A stretch of DNA of 62,587 nt, filler included, from Stramenopiles sp. TOSAG23-2 (lineage: Eukaryota), in assembly GCA_900128395.1 (NCBI GenBank). It is 42 parts of 42 records of this genome, joined end to end, with 100 filler letters (N's around TTAATTAATTAA, not from the genome) between each part and the next. Parts side by side here need not be neighbours in the genome. Positions count along the whole stretch, not along the records: positions 1 to 1,399 come from LT652986.1; positions 1,500 to 2,898 come from LT652987.1; positions 2,999 to 4,396 come from LT652988.1; positions 4,497 to 5,894 come from LT652989.1; positions 5,995 to 7,391 come from LT652990.1; positions 7,492 to 8,888 come from LT652991.1; positions 8,989 to 10,385 come from LT652992.1; positions 10,486 to 11,882 come from LT652993.1; 34 more parts are not named here. One strand, 5' to 3'. Every line of letters starts with the position of its first letter. The stretch's first letter is position 1. The notes under the pieces were generated by a model. The model did not search any database, was not told where the DNA came from, and saw only the letters and a list, made by a program, of their open reading frames with translations. The position numbers and the translations under genes were made by a program. Shown here in pieces: positions 1 to 12,034 of the stretch.

Positions 1-1398
1 ATCTACTGCATGTACTATAAATGACATATCATTCTCTTTTTCTTCATCCACAGCTGTAGCACTTTCAAGCCTTGCTTGCTCTTTAGCGACAATCTCTTTC
101 GGGACAAGGATGGTTCCTGTTATACGAACATCTCCACTCATTTCCTCCGGTTCAACCTCCCCTTCCATCTCTGGGTGATATTCTAAAGGAAACCAATCAT
201 CAAATTCGAAACGGTGATGTCCTTCATTCTTAAATCCATCGCCATATTCATCTTCATCGCCATTTACAATTACGGAAGTTATGTACACAGATCCAGACAC
301 TCTTTCAAAGCGATTCATTCTTCCAGGTCGTTTCTTCAATTCCCAACGCCTCCCATATTGAATCGCAGATTTCTTCGTAATATCTCTCCTTGCTGCCTCA
401 CCAAGACTAATGTAAGTTTCTCCAAGAAAATCATCGTCCCCGACAGCATCACAATCCCAAACGCTTACTCTTAAATCAGGCGCTGTCAGTTGCACGCGTA
501 TAATTCCTTGATCATTTGGTTTTGCCAAAGCTGGTTCGATTAAATCGTCTAATAACAATTCAAGTTGAGTAGCTGGGTTTGGAAATGTTCGAAATCTCAA
601 CCCGGCTAAATACAATAGGCATTCAAAAAATTCAGATCTTTCTAGCTGCGTATCACCTTGTGTACGAAACTGACCATCGCCACCGCCATCCCCAGCTTCT
701 TCTGTTTCCGTATTTACACGCCTAAAAATTTCTTTAATCGTACGTTTTGATATTCCTGCTTTCTTATCTAATATGCTAGTATCCCTGCAAAATGCTACAA
801 ACTCTTTAAATGAAATAGTCTCCTCAGCATCTTCTTCGGATTGATCCCACGAAGGGCGTGCGCATTTAATATCAGCTGCAAAGTCTTCATCAAGCTCATC
901 TTCATCTTCCATATCAAATAACATACTATATACACGAAAAGCTTCGCAAAGCAATTCAAAACTATCTTTCATAACCATTTTAACCCGTTTTTCTGTTCCT
1001 GGGGGTGCTCTTAAAATGGCCGGAGTCATTTCCATCTCCGCCCAATCTTTTTCAAACGAAGCGTATATTTCCTCATCACTTGGAATTGGAAACCAAAAAT
1101 CTTCTTCGTCGTATTCTGGGTAAAGTGTACGAGGTACTACTCTCGTAGCCTGTTCTTTCCCAGCAAATTGTAATTTAACATACGAGTCACTATAACCATC
1201 AGCGTCACCTGCTGTTATATTCAAACATCGGTGTACGGTAACACGTAAAAATCGTTTATTTTCATCAACAGGTTCTTTATTTTTTATCATATCCAATATA
1301 TTCCACTGTATGTAACCAATAGGATCATCTTCTGATAACAAGTCTTTATCTAACACCGTTAATGTGAAATTCATTGTTGTTATATCTGTATTCCATAA
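1..1398 (-). CDS. Multi-C2-domain protein with EF-hand-like helical insert (partial at both ends; absent from ORF track)
   Basis: Manual translation is open across the contig. C2 motifs: VLDKDLLSEDDPIG, LRVTVHRCLNITAGDADGYSDSYVKLQF, LRVSVWDCDAVGDDDFLGE. EF-hand-like segments: ISFKEFVAFC and LERSEFFECL. Confidence 0.85.
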
Positions 1399-1399
1399 A

Positions 1400-1499
1400 N
1401 NNNNNNNNNNNNNNNNNNNNNNNNNNNNNNNNNNNNNNNNNNNTTAATTAATTAANNNNNNNNNNNNNNNNNNNNNNNNNNNNNNNNNNNNNNNNNNNN
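1400..1499. other. Artificial contig linker (first of 41): 44 N + TTAATTAATTAA + 44 N
   Basis: The same spacer recurs every ~1.49 kb up to 61105..61204, and the intervening contigs shrink from 1399 to 1383 bp. Confidence 0.99.
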
Positions 1500-1572
1500 C
1501 TAATTCAAGTATGGTTGCACTTAATTTAGATTCAGCTAATGGATATGCTTTTTTATTCACTTGATCTGACAT
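1500..1572 (-). CDS. SNU13: 5' end of U4/U6.U5 and box C/D snoRNP 15.5K protein (L7Ae family)
   Basis: ATG at 1572 gives MSDQVNKKAYPLAESKLSATILEL, matching the conserved N-terminal VNxKAYPLA of Snu13/NHP2L1. Truncated by the contig edge. Confidence 0.8.
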
Positions 1573-1820
1573 ATTTAAATAATAATAATAATAATAATAA
1601 TAAATCTATATAATTTTTGTATTTTTTATTTTTGAGCTAAGTCGTTTTGTATATATATGTATATGTATATATTATATTAAAAACCCACGTGCCCGTTATT
1701 TGTTATATAATGATATTCGTAATTATGGTTATATATTGTTGTTGTAATGTTTTGTTGTTTCTGTTGTTCATTTATATCTTCCTCTTCCTTGATAATAGAA
1801 TATATATATATATATATATT

Positions 1821-2002
1821 CGTACACAAAGGAAAAATTTTGCAAAAAATCGTTCATACTTTTTTTAAATATATATTAAGTATATATATTTGTATACTAA
1901 TACTTCTATCAAATTAAATAGTATTCTTAGTATACAACTTTATATACTTAATATATTTTTTAAAAAAGTATGAACGATTTCAGAAATTTTTCCTTGTGTA
2001 CG
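1821..2002. mobile_element. Fold-back/MITE-like element, family A copy 1
   Basis: Long imperfect inverted arms CGTACACAAAGGAAAAATTT...ATCGTTCATACTTTTTT / AAAAAAGTATGAACGATT...AATTTTTCCTTGTGTACG. A diverged copy lies on another contig at 20094..20257. Confidence 0.7.
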
Positions 2003-2585
2003 CCTGGTAAGAATATCCTGTATTTTCATAATTTTGTGGATATGAATGGATATGATGCGATGAGGAATTACGAAGCTATTTTTGTACTTGGAAAGCACAA
2101 TTAATATACATGAAATATAATTATTTAGCATCACCTGCTCCTACGAGTTTCGGTACGGACATCGTCTATCATCACATCTTGCACAATGATGGAATATTTT
2201 CCCCATAGTGAATAGTTTTAATAGTGCACAGTTTTGTCGGCACTACTGAAGAAAGCGAATATAGCATTTAGAAGGTATACAGGTATACAGCACTTCTTAT
2301 ACACTTATGCTAAATGCTTTCGAAAGGCCATAATGCTATTTCGATTTAAACATCAATATTAATATGGACATAGCAGGTGTAATTTGGATTCATTGGCTCT
2401 AATGGAACGAGGAGGAAGGTTTAAAAATGGCCATAACTCCACAACTCTCTCTCGCGCAATTTTTATAGGAATACAGAAGTATTGCTCGTGTCCGTCATGT
2501 CATGTGCGCGGCATGGACAAAAAACAACAGATAGTAAAGATTAATTAATCAAGTAGATAAACAGTATTAGTACAAGAAAATATTA

Positions 2586-2898
2586 TTAAGAATTTATTAG
2601 TAGTATTAAGAAATTATCATTATTATAATTAGTAATACTATTCGTATGATTTATATTAGTGGTATCTGCGTTATGTTCTTCTATCATTATATGTTTTTCT
2701 TTTTCTATTTTATTGTCTGATAATACTTTTGACATAGATGGATGATTTTTTTGTGATATTTTAGGAATGGGTAATGTTAATGATGAAGAGGAGGACACGG
2801 ATGATGGAAAATTTTCCATGGTATCATCATCACTTTTACCAATTTCATCATCATCATCATCATCATTATTATTATTATTATCAATAGCATTAATTTTA
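2586..2898 (-). CDS. Low-complexity N/D/S-rich coding fragment, unknown protein
   Basis: Open frame from the contig edge with NNNNNDDDDDD tracts like those in other genes here. No domain recognised. Confidence 0.35.
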
Positions 2899-2998
2899 NN
2901 NNNNNNNNNNNNNNNNNNNNNNNNNNNNNNNNNNNNNNNNNNTTAATTAATTAANNNNNNNNNNNNNNNNNNNNNNNNNNNNNNNNNNNNNNNNNNNN

Positions 2999-4396
2999 GT
3001 GGATAAATTGACGATTCATAATTTTCGTCAAAATTCGATTGGTTTGGTAATTGATGATAGTGAAGTTAGTAGAAATTTGAGCGCATTGCTAGAAGCTTCA
3101 ACTCTAGATAAGTTTATTATATGCAAACAAAGTCAAGCCGATTCTTCTTTTGTGGCAGGTGCTGGCTGTAACTGTTACGGTATCATAATGTTTCAAACTT
3201 GGGCTCTAAATAAAAAAAATATAATAAATATGTTTTCTCCTAGCGAAGAATGCATAATTCGGTATGGAAGTGATTTTCAGAATTTAGCTGAGGCTCAGGT
3301 GCTTTCACTGGCATTTAATACCAAGTCAAATACATTATTTTGTGTCTTTTCAACAGAACCAGATTCTCCATTGCGACTGTATTGCTGGAAACCTCAGTTT
3401 TTTGAAGGCGAATACAACATTGGCAGAGAGGGAACCAAAGGCAATAACAACGAAAAAGAATGTTTGATCCTTAGAAAGAAGAATGTTGCAGATGACAGTT
3501 TTTACACAGCACATACTGTAGCAAAATTTAGCCAAGATGGCAACAATCTTGCAGCAGGTGATAAGGATGGAAATATATATTTACTCCAAAATTTAAATGG
3601 CATTGCAATGTCTGAAGATAAACGCATCACATGCTGGTCGCTGCAACATACAGAGGATACTTCAGAAAAACACTCTGCTGTTAACTTGCTTTCATTTAGC
3701 CATGACGATAATCGATTAGTATCATATCGAGCACTTACTAAATGTATAGAAATATGGAGCATTAATAAAAATGCAATTGAGCTTCTGTACGAATTGACCA
3801 CTCATAGCGATGCCCTTGCATCTATCGAATTTACTTATGACCACAGCAAAATAATTACTAATAGAGCAAAAGATCTAAAGCTGGAAGTTTGGAATATTAA
3901 CAATGGTCTGTGTATAGGACGTTTTGAACCTCAGAGCGACCATGATGAAAAGGAAGTTTCTGGAACTCTGTGTACATATGATATCAAAGCTTGCAGCGAT
4001 CAATACGATGCTGTTGAAACGTTGATAAACAAACGTGACGAAGAGGATAGGAAAATTGAAATTGAAAATAGCAAACTAACAATGAAGGAATTTTCATCTT
4101 CTGGATTGTCTCATTATTTTGAACGATCAAAAAAATTTGTTTTGTATAGAAAAAGCGAAGAGAAAGATGTATCCTTTGAAGCTGTACTAAACAATGATAA
4201 GGCAAGTAAGAGTATATTGGATTTAAACAAATATTTTTTGACACAACATAAATCAATCTACATGCCACTTGTATCATTGAAACCTAAACACATGGCAAGG
4301 GCATTTCCATCAACCAAACCAAATCGTAAAAGTTGCATACCAGAAAAACAAGAGGAAGATCAGATTGATGAGGCAAAAAAAAACAATAGCAAAAAC
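2999..4396 (+). CDS. WD40-repeat protein (partial at both ends)
   Basis: Contig-spanning ORF with WD40 blades, e.g. AKFSQDGNNLAAGDKDGNIYL, HSAVNLLSFSHDDNRLVS...IEIWS, HSDALASIEFTYDHSKII...LEVWN. Confidence 0.85.
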
Positions 4397-4744
4397 NNNN
4401 NNNNNNNNNNNNNNNNNNNNNNNNNNNNNNNNNNNNNNNNTTAATTAATTAANNNNNNNNNNNNNNNNNNNNNNNNNNNNNNNNNNNNNNNNNNNNGTTT
4501 TTTAAATGTTTCCTCCGTTGGTGGTGGTGGTGGTTTTCTCGACATGTCCCTTCCCCCCCGCGCGTGCGCCCCTCTTCGTCCTTTATTAAATAATTATCTA
4601 TAATGTCTCTCGATATCTATATGTATATATATATATGTATAGATGTAGATGTAGATGTAGATGATGTTGAAAAAAATAATAGAAATGGAAATGTTCTATA
4701 TCAGATTTAGTATAAGTTTGTGCACTTATGTCTAAGAAGAAGAA

Positions 4745-4985
4745 CCCGATATAATTTTTACTGTGCCGGCCAGTCGTAAATTTTCGGTACAAATTTTTTA
4801 TTATACTTAAACACTATATTTACCTATCAAATACACAAATTAATCCAAAACTCACACTCGAAATTTATTGAAAACCTGAAAACTGATTAATTTGTGTATT
4901 TGATAGGTAAATATAGTGTTTCAGTATACTGAAAAAAATGTACCGAAAATTTACGACTGGCCGGCACACTAAAAATTATATCGGG
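4745..4985. mobile_element. Palindromic MITE/fold-back element (~100-bp arms)
   Basis: CCCGATATAATTTTTACTGTGCCGGCCAGTCGTAAATTTTCGGTACA...CCTATCAAATACACAAATTAATC is mirrored almost perfectly around a short spacer. Non-coding. Confidence 0.85.
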
Positions 4986-5042
4986 CTATTGTTGTTTGTA
5001 CTCCTCTGAAGCGCTACAGTGTAAAATACTGGTATGGTCTAC

Positions 5043-5279
5043 TAGAGTTGTTGCTGTTAAAGATGGCCATTTTAAATTTTTTATTTTTCCAACTTTACCA
5101 TTAAATAGGATTACATAGCAGTACATATATATATTAAGGTATTTTAGTGTTTATTTTTAAAAAAAAAGTATGTGTGAGTACTTTTTGTATACTATTTATA
5201 TTATTCTAGAATTATGGTTGAAAAAAAAAAGTTGGAGAAAAAAAAAATTAAAAAGCCGATAATAATGTCGACAACTCTA
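5043..5279. mobile_element. Decayed hAT-like MITE
   Basis: Termini TAGAGTTGT / ACAACTCTA fit the hAT YARNG start, with internal inverted CCAACTTT / AAAGTTGG blocks. No intact target-site duplication (TSD). Confidence 0.45.
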
Positions 5280-5689
5280 TTTAGTTTTTTTAATTTTTAC
5301 TTGATCCTCTATTTTATTATTGGGGTTCCACTTCGTACTTCTGATATGAATTACCATATACTATAAATTATATCTATCAAAATATATACAATGGTGTATC
5401 GAGTGTATCTGGTGTGTCTAATGGCTCTCCAGCTGGGCCAGCTATCTTGCATGCCCGAGCATGCCGGGCATGCTATATACCTGGTAATATAAAAAAAAAA
5501 AAATGCATTGTGGACAAGGGAAGGGGGGCTTGCCGTCAAAAGAACACCTATGTATATGGAACACTATACACACAGCATTGTGTGCGTCCAATCTAAACTC
5601 CTTCCTCCTTCTTCTTCTTCATCAAATAAACGCGTGTGTTTGATGAAATAATATTTACTTTAACTTCTTCTAAGAGAACGTAATTTACT

Positions 5690-5894
5690 ACAATATAATT
5701 TCACGAAAGACGTAGTAGTTATATATATTAAAAAAAGATAATTTAATCCAATATAATTTCACGAAAGACGTAGCAGAAATATAAAAAAAAAAGGTAATTT
5801 AATCCATTATAATTTCACGAAAGACGTAGCAGAAAAAGAAAAAAAAAAAAGGTAATTTAATCCATTACAATTTCACGAAAGACGTAGCAGAAAT
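5690..5894 (+). repeat. Minisatellite, ~57-bp unit, about 4 copies, running off the contig end
   Basis: Repeated core AATTTCACGAAAGACGTAG followed by an A-rich tract and TAATTTAATCCA. Confidence 0.9.
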
Positions 5895-7360
5895 NNNNNN
5901 NNNNNNNNNNNNNNNNNNNNNNNNNNNNNNNNNNNNNNTTAATTAATTAANNNNNNNNNNNNNNNNNNNNNNNNNNNNNNNNNNNNNNNNNNNNATTATT
6001 ATTATTTGTTGATGAAGATGGTTGTACACTAATTCGTCGCATATTTTATATATTATTTCGTATATATAATATATAATCTATATTGATACAATATTAATTT
6101 GTATATAAAGGAGATATCTGGATATATTGAATGAGAGTGAGTGAGTGAGTGAGTGAGTGAGTGAGAGAAAGAAAGAGAAGAGATGATGTAAATTTTGTTT
6201 ATTATTTGGGATTTAGATTATTATAAAATATAATAAATAATATAATAAGTTAAGCCAGCAGTATAAGTAGCTAACCAGGCTAAGCTGGTAAGCTTGTTGT
6301 TGTGGTGTTTTTTTTGTCGGTACACCAGGTTAAGGTATATTACAATATATGCAAAAAAAAATTAACCGGTACAATATCGGAAAATATTGAAAGGATGAAT
6401 ATATTCCAATAGTGAATAGTGTAAAATTGTTTTTATTATAATAGCAAAGCACTGCTGTCGATGTCGAAAGCACGAAACTCGAAAGACCAATCCACAAATC
6501 AATTTTGTACTCCTCTGGTACTACCATGTGCCGGGCATATAGTATAGTAGACTATTGAAAATATAGACGTCTATATTCTAATTATTGACTGTATTTATTT
6601 ATGTCCATCAGTCGCCTCGTCACTAGTTAAACAAGTTGTATGTTAGTGCTATAGCTACAGTACAGTATTCTATCCAAGTTCGCTAAATTTATTTGTTAGA
6701 ATTTTGGATCTAATCCTATTCTACCTATAGGAAAAGTTGACTGACTATGTTGTGGCACATATTAGCATATAGCTGTGATTTGTGTACCTATTTAGTATAT
6801 AAATAATACTTACTTTTATTTATATATTAATTTATGCCATATTATCCTCAGTTAACTTTTCTTATAGGAGATGTGGTAGTGTATGCTGCTGTGCAACGTG
6901 GCCTGTCCAGCTGTGTTACTACATGTAAATAATAATAATATATAGAACACTACTAATTATAATGTACACAGAGGTGTGGAAATGAGAGTGGAATACATTC
7001 TAGATGTGTGTCAAATAATAAAACAATGCCACGATAGATAGCCAGCCGTACAACCAGTCCATTCAACGATTAGAAAATATATAACAGAGAAAACTGTATC
7101 TCTGTGTTTTTTATTTAGTAGTAATTACATATATATATATATCAATATCCATCATTTTAAAAAGAGGAACAAAGAAAATAATAATATTTTTACCGTAATT
7201 ACAACGCTACATACATTATATATATATATATATATATACAATACATGTACATACAATAGAACATATATCAAAGAATATATTATTACAACGAACGTGTTTT
7301 TGTCCATTATCACGACATTGTATATTTTGTAGCAGATACTTCGGTTTTTGATTGATCTGC

Positions 7361-7391
<31 letters not shown>

Positions 7392-7491
7392 NNNNNNNNN
7401 NNNNNNNNNNNNNNNNNNNNNNNNNNNNNNNNNNNTTAATTAATTAANNNNNNNNNNNNNNNNNNNNNNNNNNNNNNNNNNNNNNNNNNNN

Positions 7492-8317
7492 GTTGTAATT
7501 TTTAAGGTGCTTCTGGTGACTTTCAATCTTGCAATCGCAGCTTTTGTTGTTGATGATGATGGTTTTTCTACTGTATTAAATTTTAAAATCTCTGTTTCCT
7601 TGACATATCTTTTATCCCAATTAACAGATGATGGAATTGCTAAATAAGCCACCCCATTTCCATTATTTGGTTTATCTATTATGTGTAGAGCAGAACTCTT
7701 CATCCAGCACTTATCTCCCCCGCTAAAAACAACAGCCCGACAAGCCGAATTCATTCCTGCACAACGATCGCAACATCCATTACAGCCAAATCAGATTTCA
7801 TAATATCATGGTTAACTATAACGGTATATCCACGCTCTGTACATTTTTTAAATTTTAGTGGGTCAGCTAAAGATGGCGTTATTGTTTTCTTAGCCATTGA
7901 TGTAAAATCTCCTTTCTTTGGAACTACTGGACCTCCTTCGTATTTATGTGGTTCAGAGTAATCCAATTTGTCTTTTGAATCAGAACGGTTTCTCGTCGTC
8001 TTTGAATTTTTTTTATAAATAATATTAGAAGGAATGGTATAATTTACCCCCCATACCTTTTTATAAGCCTCGATCTCAGCACTTCTTTCAGCGTCATCCG
8101 CTTCATTTTTCACTTTTGACTTTGCTAGACCTCTCAAAGTATATGAATCATATATATAATGAATTTCATTGTCATGAACTAAAACATGTAATATTCCGAC
8201 GATTAATATACATATTAAAATGCATATATATAAGTTTTGTTGTGCGATCCCTTTATTTTTCTTTTCTTTCTGTTTCATTGACAACGTTTTGTTTTTTTTC
8301 ACATTTCTCGCCTTCAT
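7492..8317 (-). CDS. Type II membrane protein with PAN/apple domain, frameshifted near 7780 (3' partial)
   Basis: ATG at 8317, basic N-tail, TM LYICILICILIVGILHVLV. NHDIMKSDL lies in one frame and NGCCDRCAGMNSACRAVVFSGGDKCWMK (PAN cysteine pattern) in another. Confidence 0.65.
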
Positions 8318-9354
8318 TTTATAACAGCAATAGCGTAACAATATATATGTATAAATATAATACCGTGGTATTTGTGATACTATTGAATGTATTGAATCTA
8401 ATAATCTGTTCTATTATATATATAAATATATATATTTATGTATTTTATGAAATGTGTGCATTGGAATGCACGAATTGCCAAATATCGGGTGCCATTCAAT
8501 TCATTCATTGGAGACAAATTACAGTATTACTGTAGTCTATTATAACAGCATCATATAATTACCTTAAAACATTAAAATCTACTTTTTAAGGATACGATGA
8601 TACAAAATAAAGAACTTGCCATAGATTAGCATATAAATAAGATTAAGTCCTATTTATATCCTAAATAGGTTAAGGTTTTCCAGTATGGACGACGGCGGAC
8701 GTTATATTATTATTAAAAAAAAAATCCAGGTAGAGTAGTATATTATTTATTGAAATTATTCAAAACACAAACATACAAAAAAAATAAATATTTATTAGCA
8801 ACTTTTTGCATTACGTGGAAAATAGAAAAGTAGATAGAGAAAGTAAAATATATAGAAAGTAAAATATATTAATATAAAGAAAAAAGAANNNNNNNNNNNN
8901 NNNNNNNNNNNNNNNNNNNNNNNNNNNNNNNNTTAATTAATTAANNNNNNNNNNNNNNNNNNNNNNNNNNNNNNNNNNNNNNNNNNNNCGTGAATCACTT
9001 CGTACTTATGGCTATACTAAATACCTGTAATATATCTATCAAACATTTACAATGGTATGTCTATCTTGTATGCTATATCCATTGTATATATAGCAGCTGA
9101 ATACGATGGACCACCTTTTTGCACCCCTATAGGGTAGGCTACAAAATACTACTAGTATATATATTACAGTAGCACAGTATATATATTTAAAAAAATTGAA
9201 TATTATGAAAAATGTATGTATCTATCGAGCTTCTTCGTCGACTAGTATGTATCTATATAATATATACCAATCAATATATTAGTTGTAAAAATAAGTATAT
9301 AATAATTATAGTATGATAACAATTGTATTTTTGTATTTATAAAATAAAACAAAC

Positions 9355-10092
9355 ATGACTACGTCGTCAATAAAAGCAAATACGAAAATAATTAAAGTAA
9401 TTACGTTGGATTTAGATAATACTTTGTGGGTAACTATGCCAGTAATAGCACGTGCCAATGAAACGTTACATAAATATATTTCTGAAAAATATCCGACCAT
9501 TGCAAAGAGATTCCCACCATCAACATGGAGACCGTTACAAGATAAAATTATGGAAACGCATCCAGAATTTAAAACAGATTTTACGAAAATTAGAAAAAGT
9601 GCTATTGAATATTGTGCAACACAATGTAATTTGGAGAATCCATCTGCAATTTCGAACGAAGTGTTTGATATATTTATTAATGAAAGATGTAATACAAAAG
9701 ATTTTTTATTTCCAAATGTTATCAAAACTTTACAAGTATTAAAAGATCGCGGTATTATAATTGGCTCCTTATCAAATGGCAATGCAGACATAACAAAAAT
9801 GGACTATTTGAATGATTTTTTCAGTTTTAACATTGGTAGTGCTGGTAAACCAGATCAAGAGCCTTTTCAACACGCATATAATTTGGCAAAAGAACATTGT
9901 AAAGTAGAAATTAATTCACCCAATGAAATATTACATGTTGGCGATAGTATATATTCCGATGTTATCCCTGGGAAACAATTTGGATTTCAAACGGTATGGG
10001 TACGTACAGGTGAAGATGGTGGTACGGAAGAAATGCCCAAAGAAGCAGATTTTATATTAGATGCGTTTGATGAGCTTGTAAATATTTTATAA
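9355..10092 (+). CDS. HAD-superfamily phosphatase (YigB-like), complete
   Basis: Motif I DLDNTLW, motif II LSNGN, motif III GKP, motif IV HVGDSIYSDV. 245 aa, intronless. Confidence 0.92.
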   Translation: MTTSSIKANTKIIKVITLDLDNTLWVTMPVIARANETLHKYISEKYPTIAKRFPPSTWRPLQDKIMETHPEFKTDFTKIRKSAIEYCATQCNLENPSAISNEVFDIFINERCNTKDFLFPNVIKTLQVLKDRGIIIGSLSNGNADITKMDYLNDFFSFNIGSAGKPDQEPFQHAYNLAKEHCKVEINSPNEILHVGDSIYSDVIPGKQFGFQTVWVRTGEDGGTEEMPKEADFILDAFDELVNIL

Positions 10093-10485
10093 AAAAAGAT
10101 TAATATATATTTTAATAATTGTAATATATATATATGATATATTTATAAAAAATAAAAATAAAAAATAATTTAATGTATCACTATGATATATCATACGATA
10201 TAATTTTATTCACACACCATATTATCTCAGTAGACTTTAAAAATAAACGAAAGTTCGTATATTTTTTCATATTATATATAATAATTATATAAAAATATTT
10301 ATATATATATATATATATATATAAACTAACTTTCTTAAACAATAGCAAAGCTTGGTACATCTGCCAAACCACACGTATTGTTCACNNNNNNNNNNNNNNN
10401 NNNNNNNNNNNNNNNNNNNNNNNNNNNNNTTAATTAATTAANNNNNNNNNNNNNNNNNNNNNNNNNNNNNNNNNNNNNNNNNNNN

Positions 10486-10874
10486 TCTTGCGAATAATTC
10501 AGCTACCCGTTCGGCTTCTGAGTGGGTATCATCAGTAAGTATTGCTTGAACTGTTCGAAATTGTACCCTTGTAAAAGGTAAGCGGGCATAGTTTATTGTT
10601 GTTTGATCCACTGTGATCATGATTTGTATGGCAAGGAAAAACGCAGTGATGATAGCGACCGCGTGTTCGTAATACGTCTTATGCATTGTTTTAACCGGTT
10701 TCAATTTAATTGTTCCATTGATAATTGACATAGCCAATGGATTTCGTTGCCTTAATCTAGCTTCAAACTTGCGATTGAATTCACCAATATGGGTGAATTT
10801 ACCATCGTACTTTTGCTTAACCTCTGCTGTTTGGACGAAGGGTAAAAATACTTCACTTTTTGGGAAACGTTTAT
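10486..10874 (-). CDS. Exon of unknown protein (partial)
   Basis: Frame stays open upstream of the track's ATG (PKSEVFLPFVQTAEVKQKYDGK...) back to a TAAG acceptor-like site. No domain recognised. Confidence 0.4.
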
Positions 10875-11244
10875 CTTATCTTATTTATTAAAGTTATGAA
10901 TCTTTGGGCCCATAACCTATTAAATGTAAATCGTAGAGTGATATAAAACACGTAAGTTATATCAATACTAAATATAATTAACATATATCGTATAATTCTC
11001 TTATAATAGTTATACACTCTTCTTCTCTCGTATACACTTTATGTTCTTTTCCGTGTTCAAGTATATATATAAGTGCTTTATATTATCATGTTATCTTTTG
11101 ATCGTTAAGACTGCGTCTTTATAAATTGCAATGCTATTCCTATAGTATTCCCGTTGAAACGCTACAGTTTATTCTTATAAGTACTTCATGATTGTATTGT
11201 CAGCTGTATTCCTATATTGATATCATAGACAGGAATTAATATAA

Positions 11245-11456
11245 ATGTTGTGGTAAGTATGCCTTATTGTAGTATTATGTGGATTAAAATGACTATCAAC
11301 TTATGATTTGTTTTAGATGTTTGTGGTAAGTATGACTTATTGTAGTGTTATATGAATTAAAATGCCAATCATTTTATGATTAGATGTTTGTGGTAAGTGG
11401 TAAGTATGACTGATTGTAGTAGTATGTGGATTAAAATGCCTATCATTTTATGATAG
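11245..11456 (+). repeat. Imperfect tandem repeat, ~70-bp unit, 3 copies
   Basis: Unit approximately ATGTTTGTGGTAAGTATGnCTTATTGTAGT...ATTAAAATGnCnATCAnnTTATGA. Confidence 0.85.
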
Positions 11457-12034
11457 TTTTTAAAAGTTGTAAGTGTACCAAAGAACGACATATATCACCA
11501 ATATTTGTGGAATAGCATTGAAATAGCATTGATGGGATAGCATAGAAATAGCACCAACATCTTTTTAAAGTTGGTGCAACGGTGAAGCGGAAGAGTTCTC
11601 GATGTTGACATATATTTAATCCCCCTACACAAACTCTCACTATTTCTACATTACATTTTCAACATAATAAATATATTAAAAATGAACCAAGTTCAGCAAA
11701 GATGATAGAAGTTGGGGTGATGTAAATATGACTTAAATAAAAATGCACTTCTCGCCTTCCCTCCCGTCCCTGATATATGATATATATGCCATATATATAG
11801 ATGCAGGAGATTGAAATGATGTAGAATATATATCGTTAATATATATATTTATTTGTAATCTTTAATTTATTGAATCATCATANNNNNNNNNNNNNNNNNN
11901 NNNNNNNNNNNNNNNNNNNNNNNNNNTTAATTAATTAANNNNNNNNNNNNNNNNNNNNNNNNNNNNNNNNNNNNNNNNNNNNCTCCCTCTCGTTTTTCAT
12001 CATCATCCTAAAAAATCCCCTCTTTGGCACATAG

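Noticed and set aside
1647..1868. Short I/Y/F-rich ORFs here and throughout the window
   Set aside because: They arise from (TA)n microsatellites and AT-rich intergenic DNA, often with TTG/GTG starts.
5690..5894. CRISPR-like array
   Set aside because: The inter-repeat segments are similar A-rich tracts rather than unique spacers, there are no cas genes, and the context is eukaryotic.
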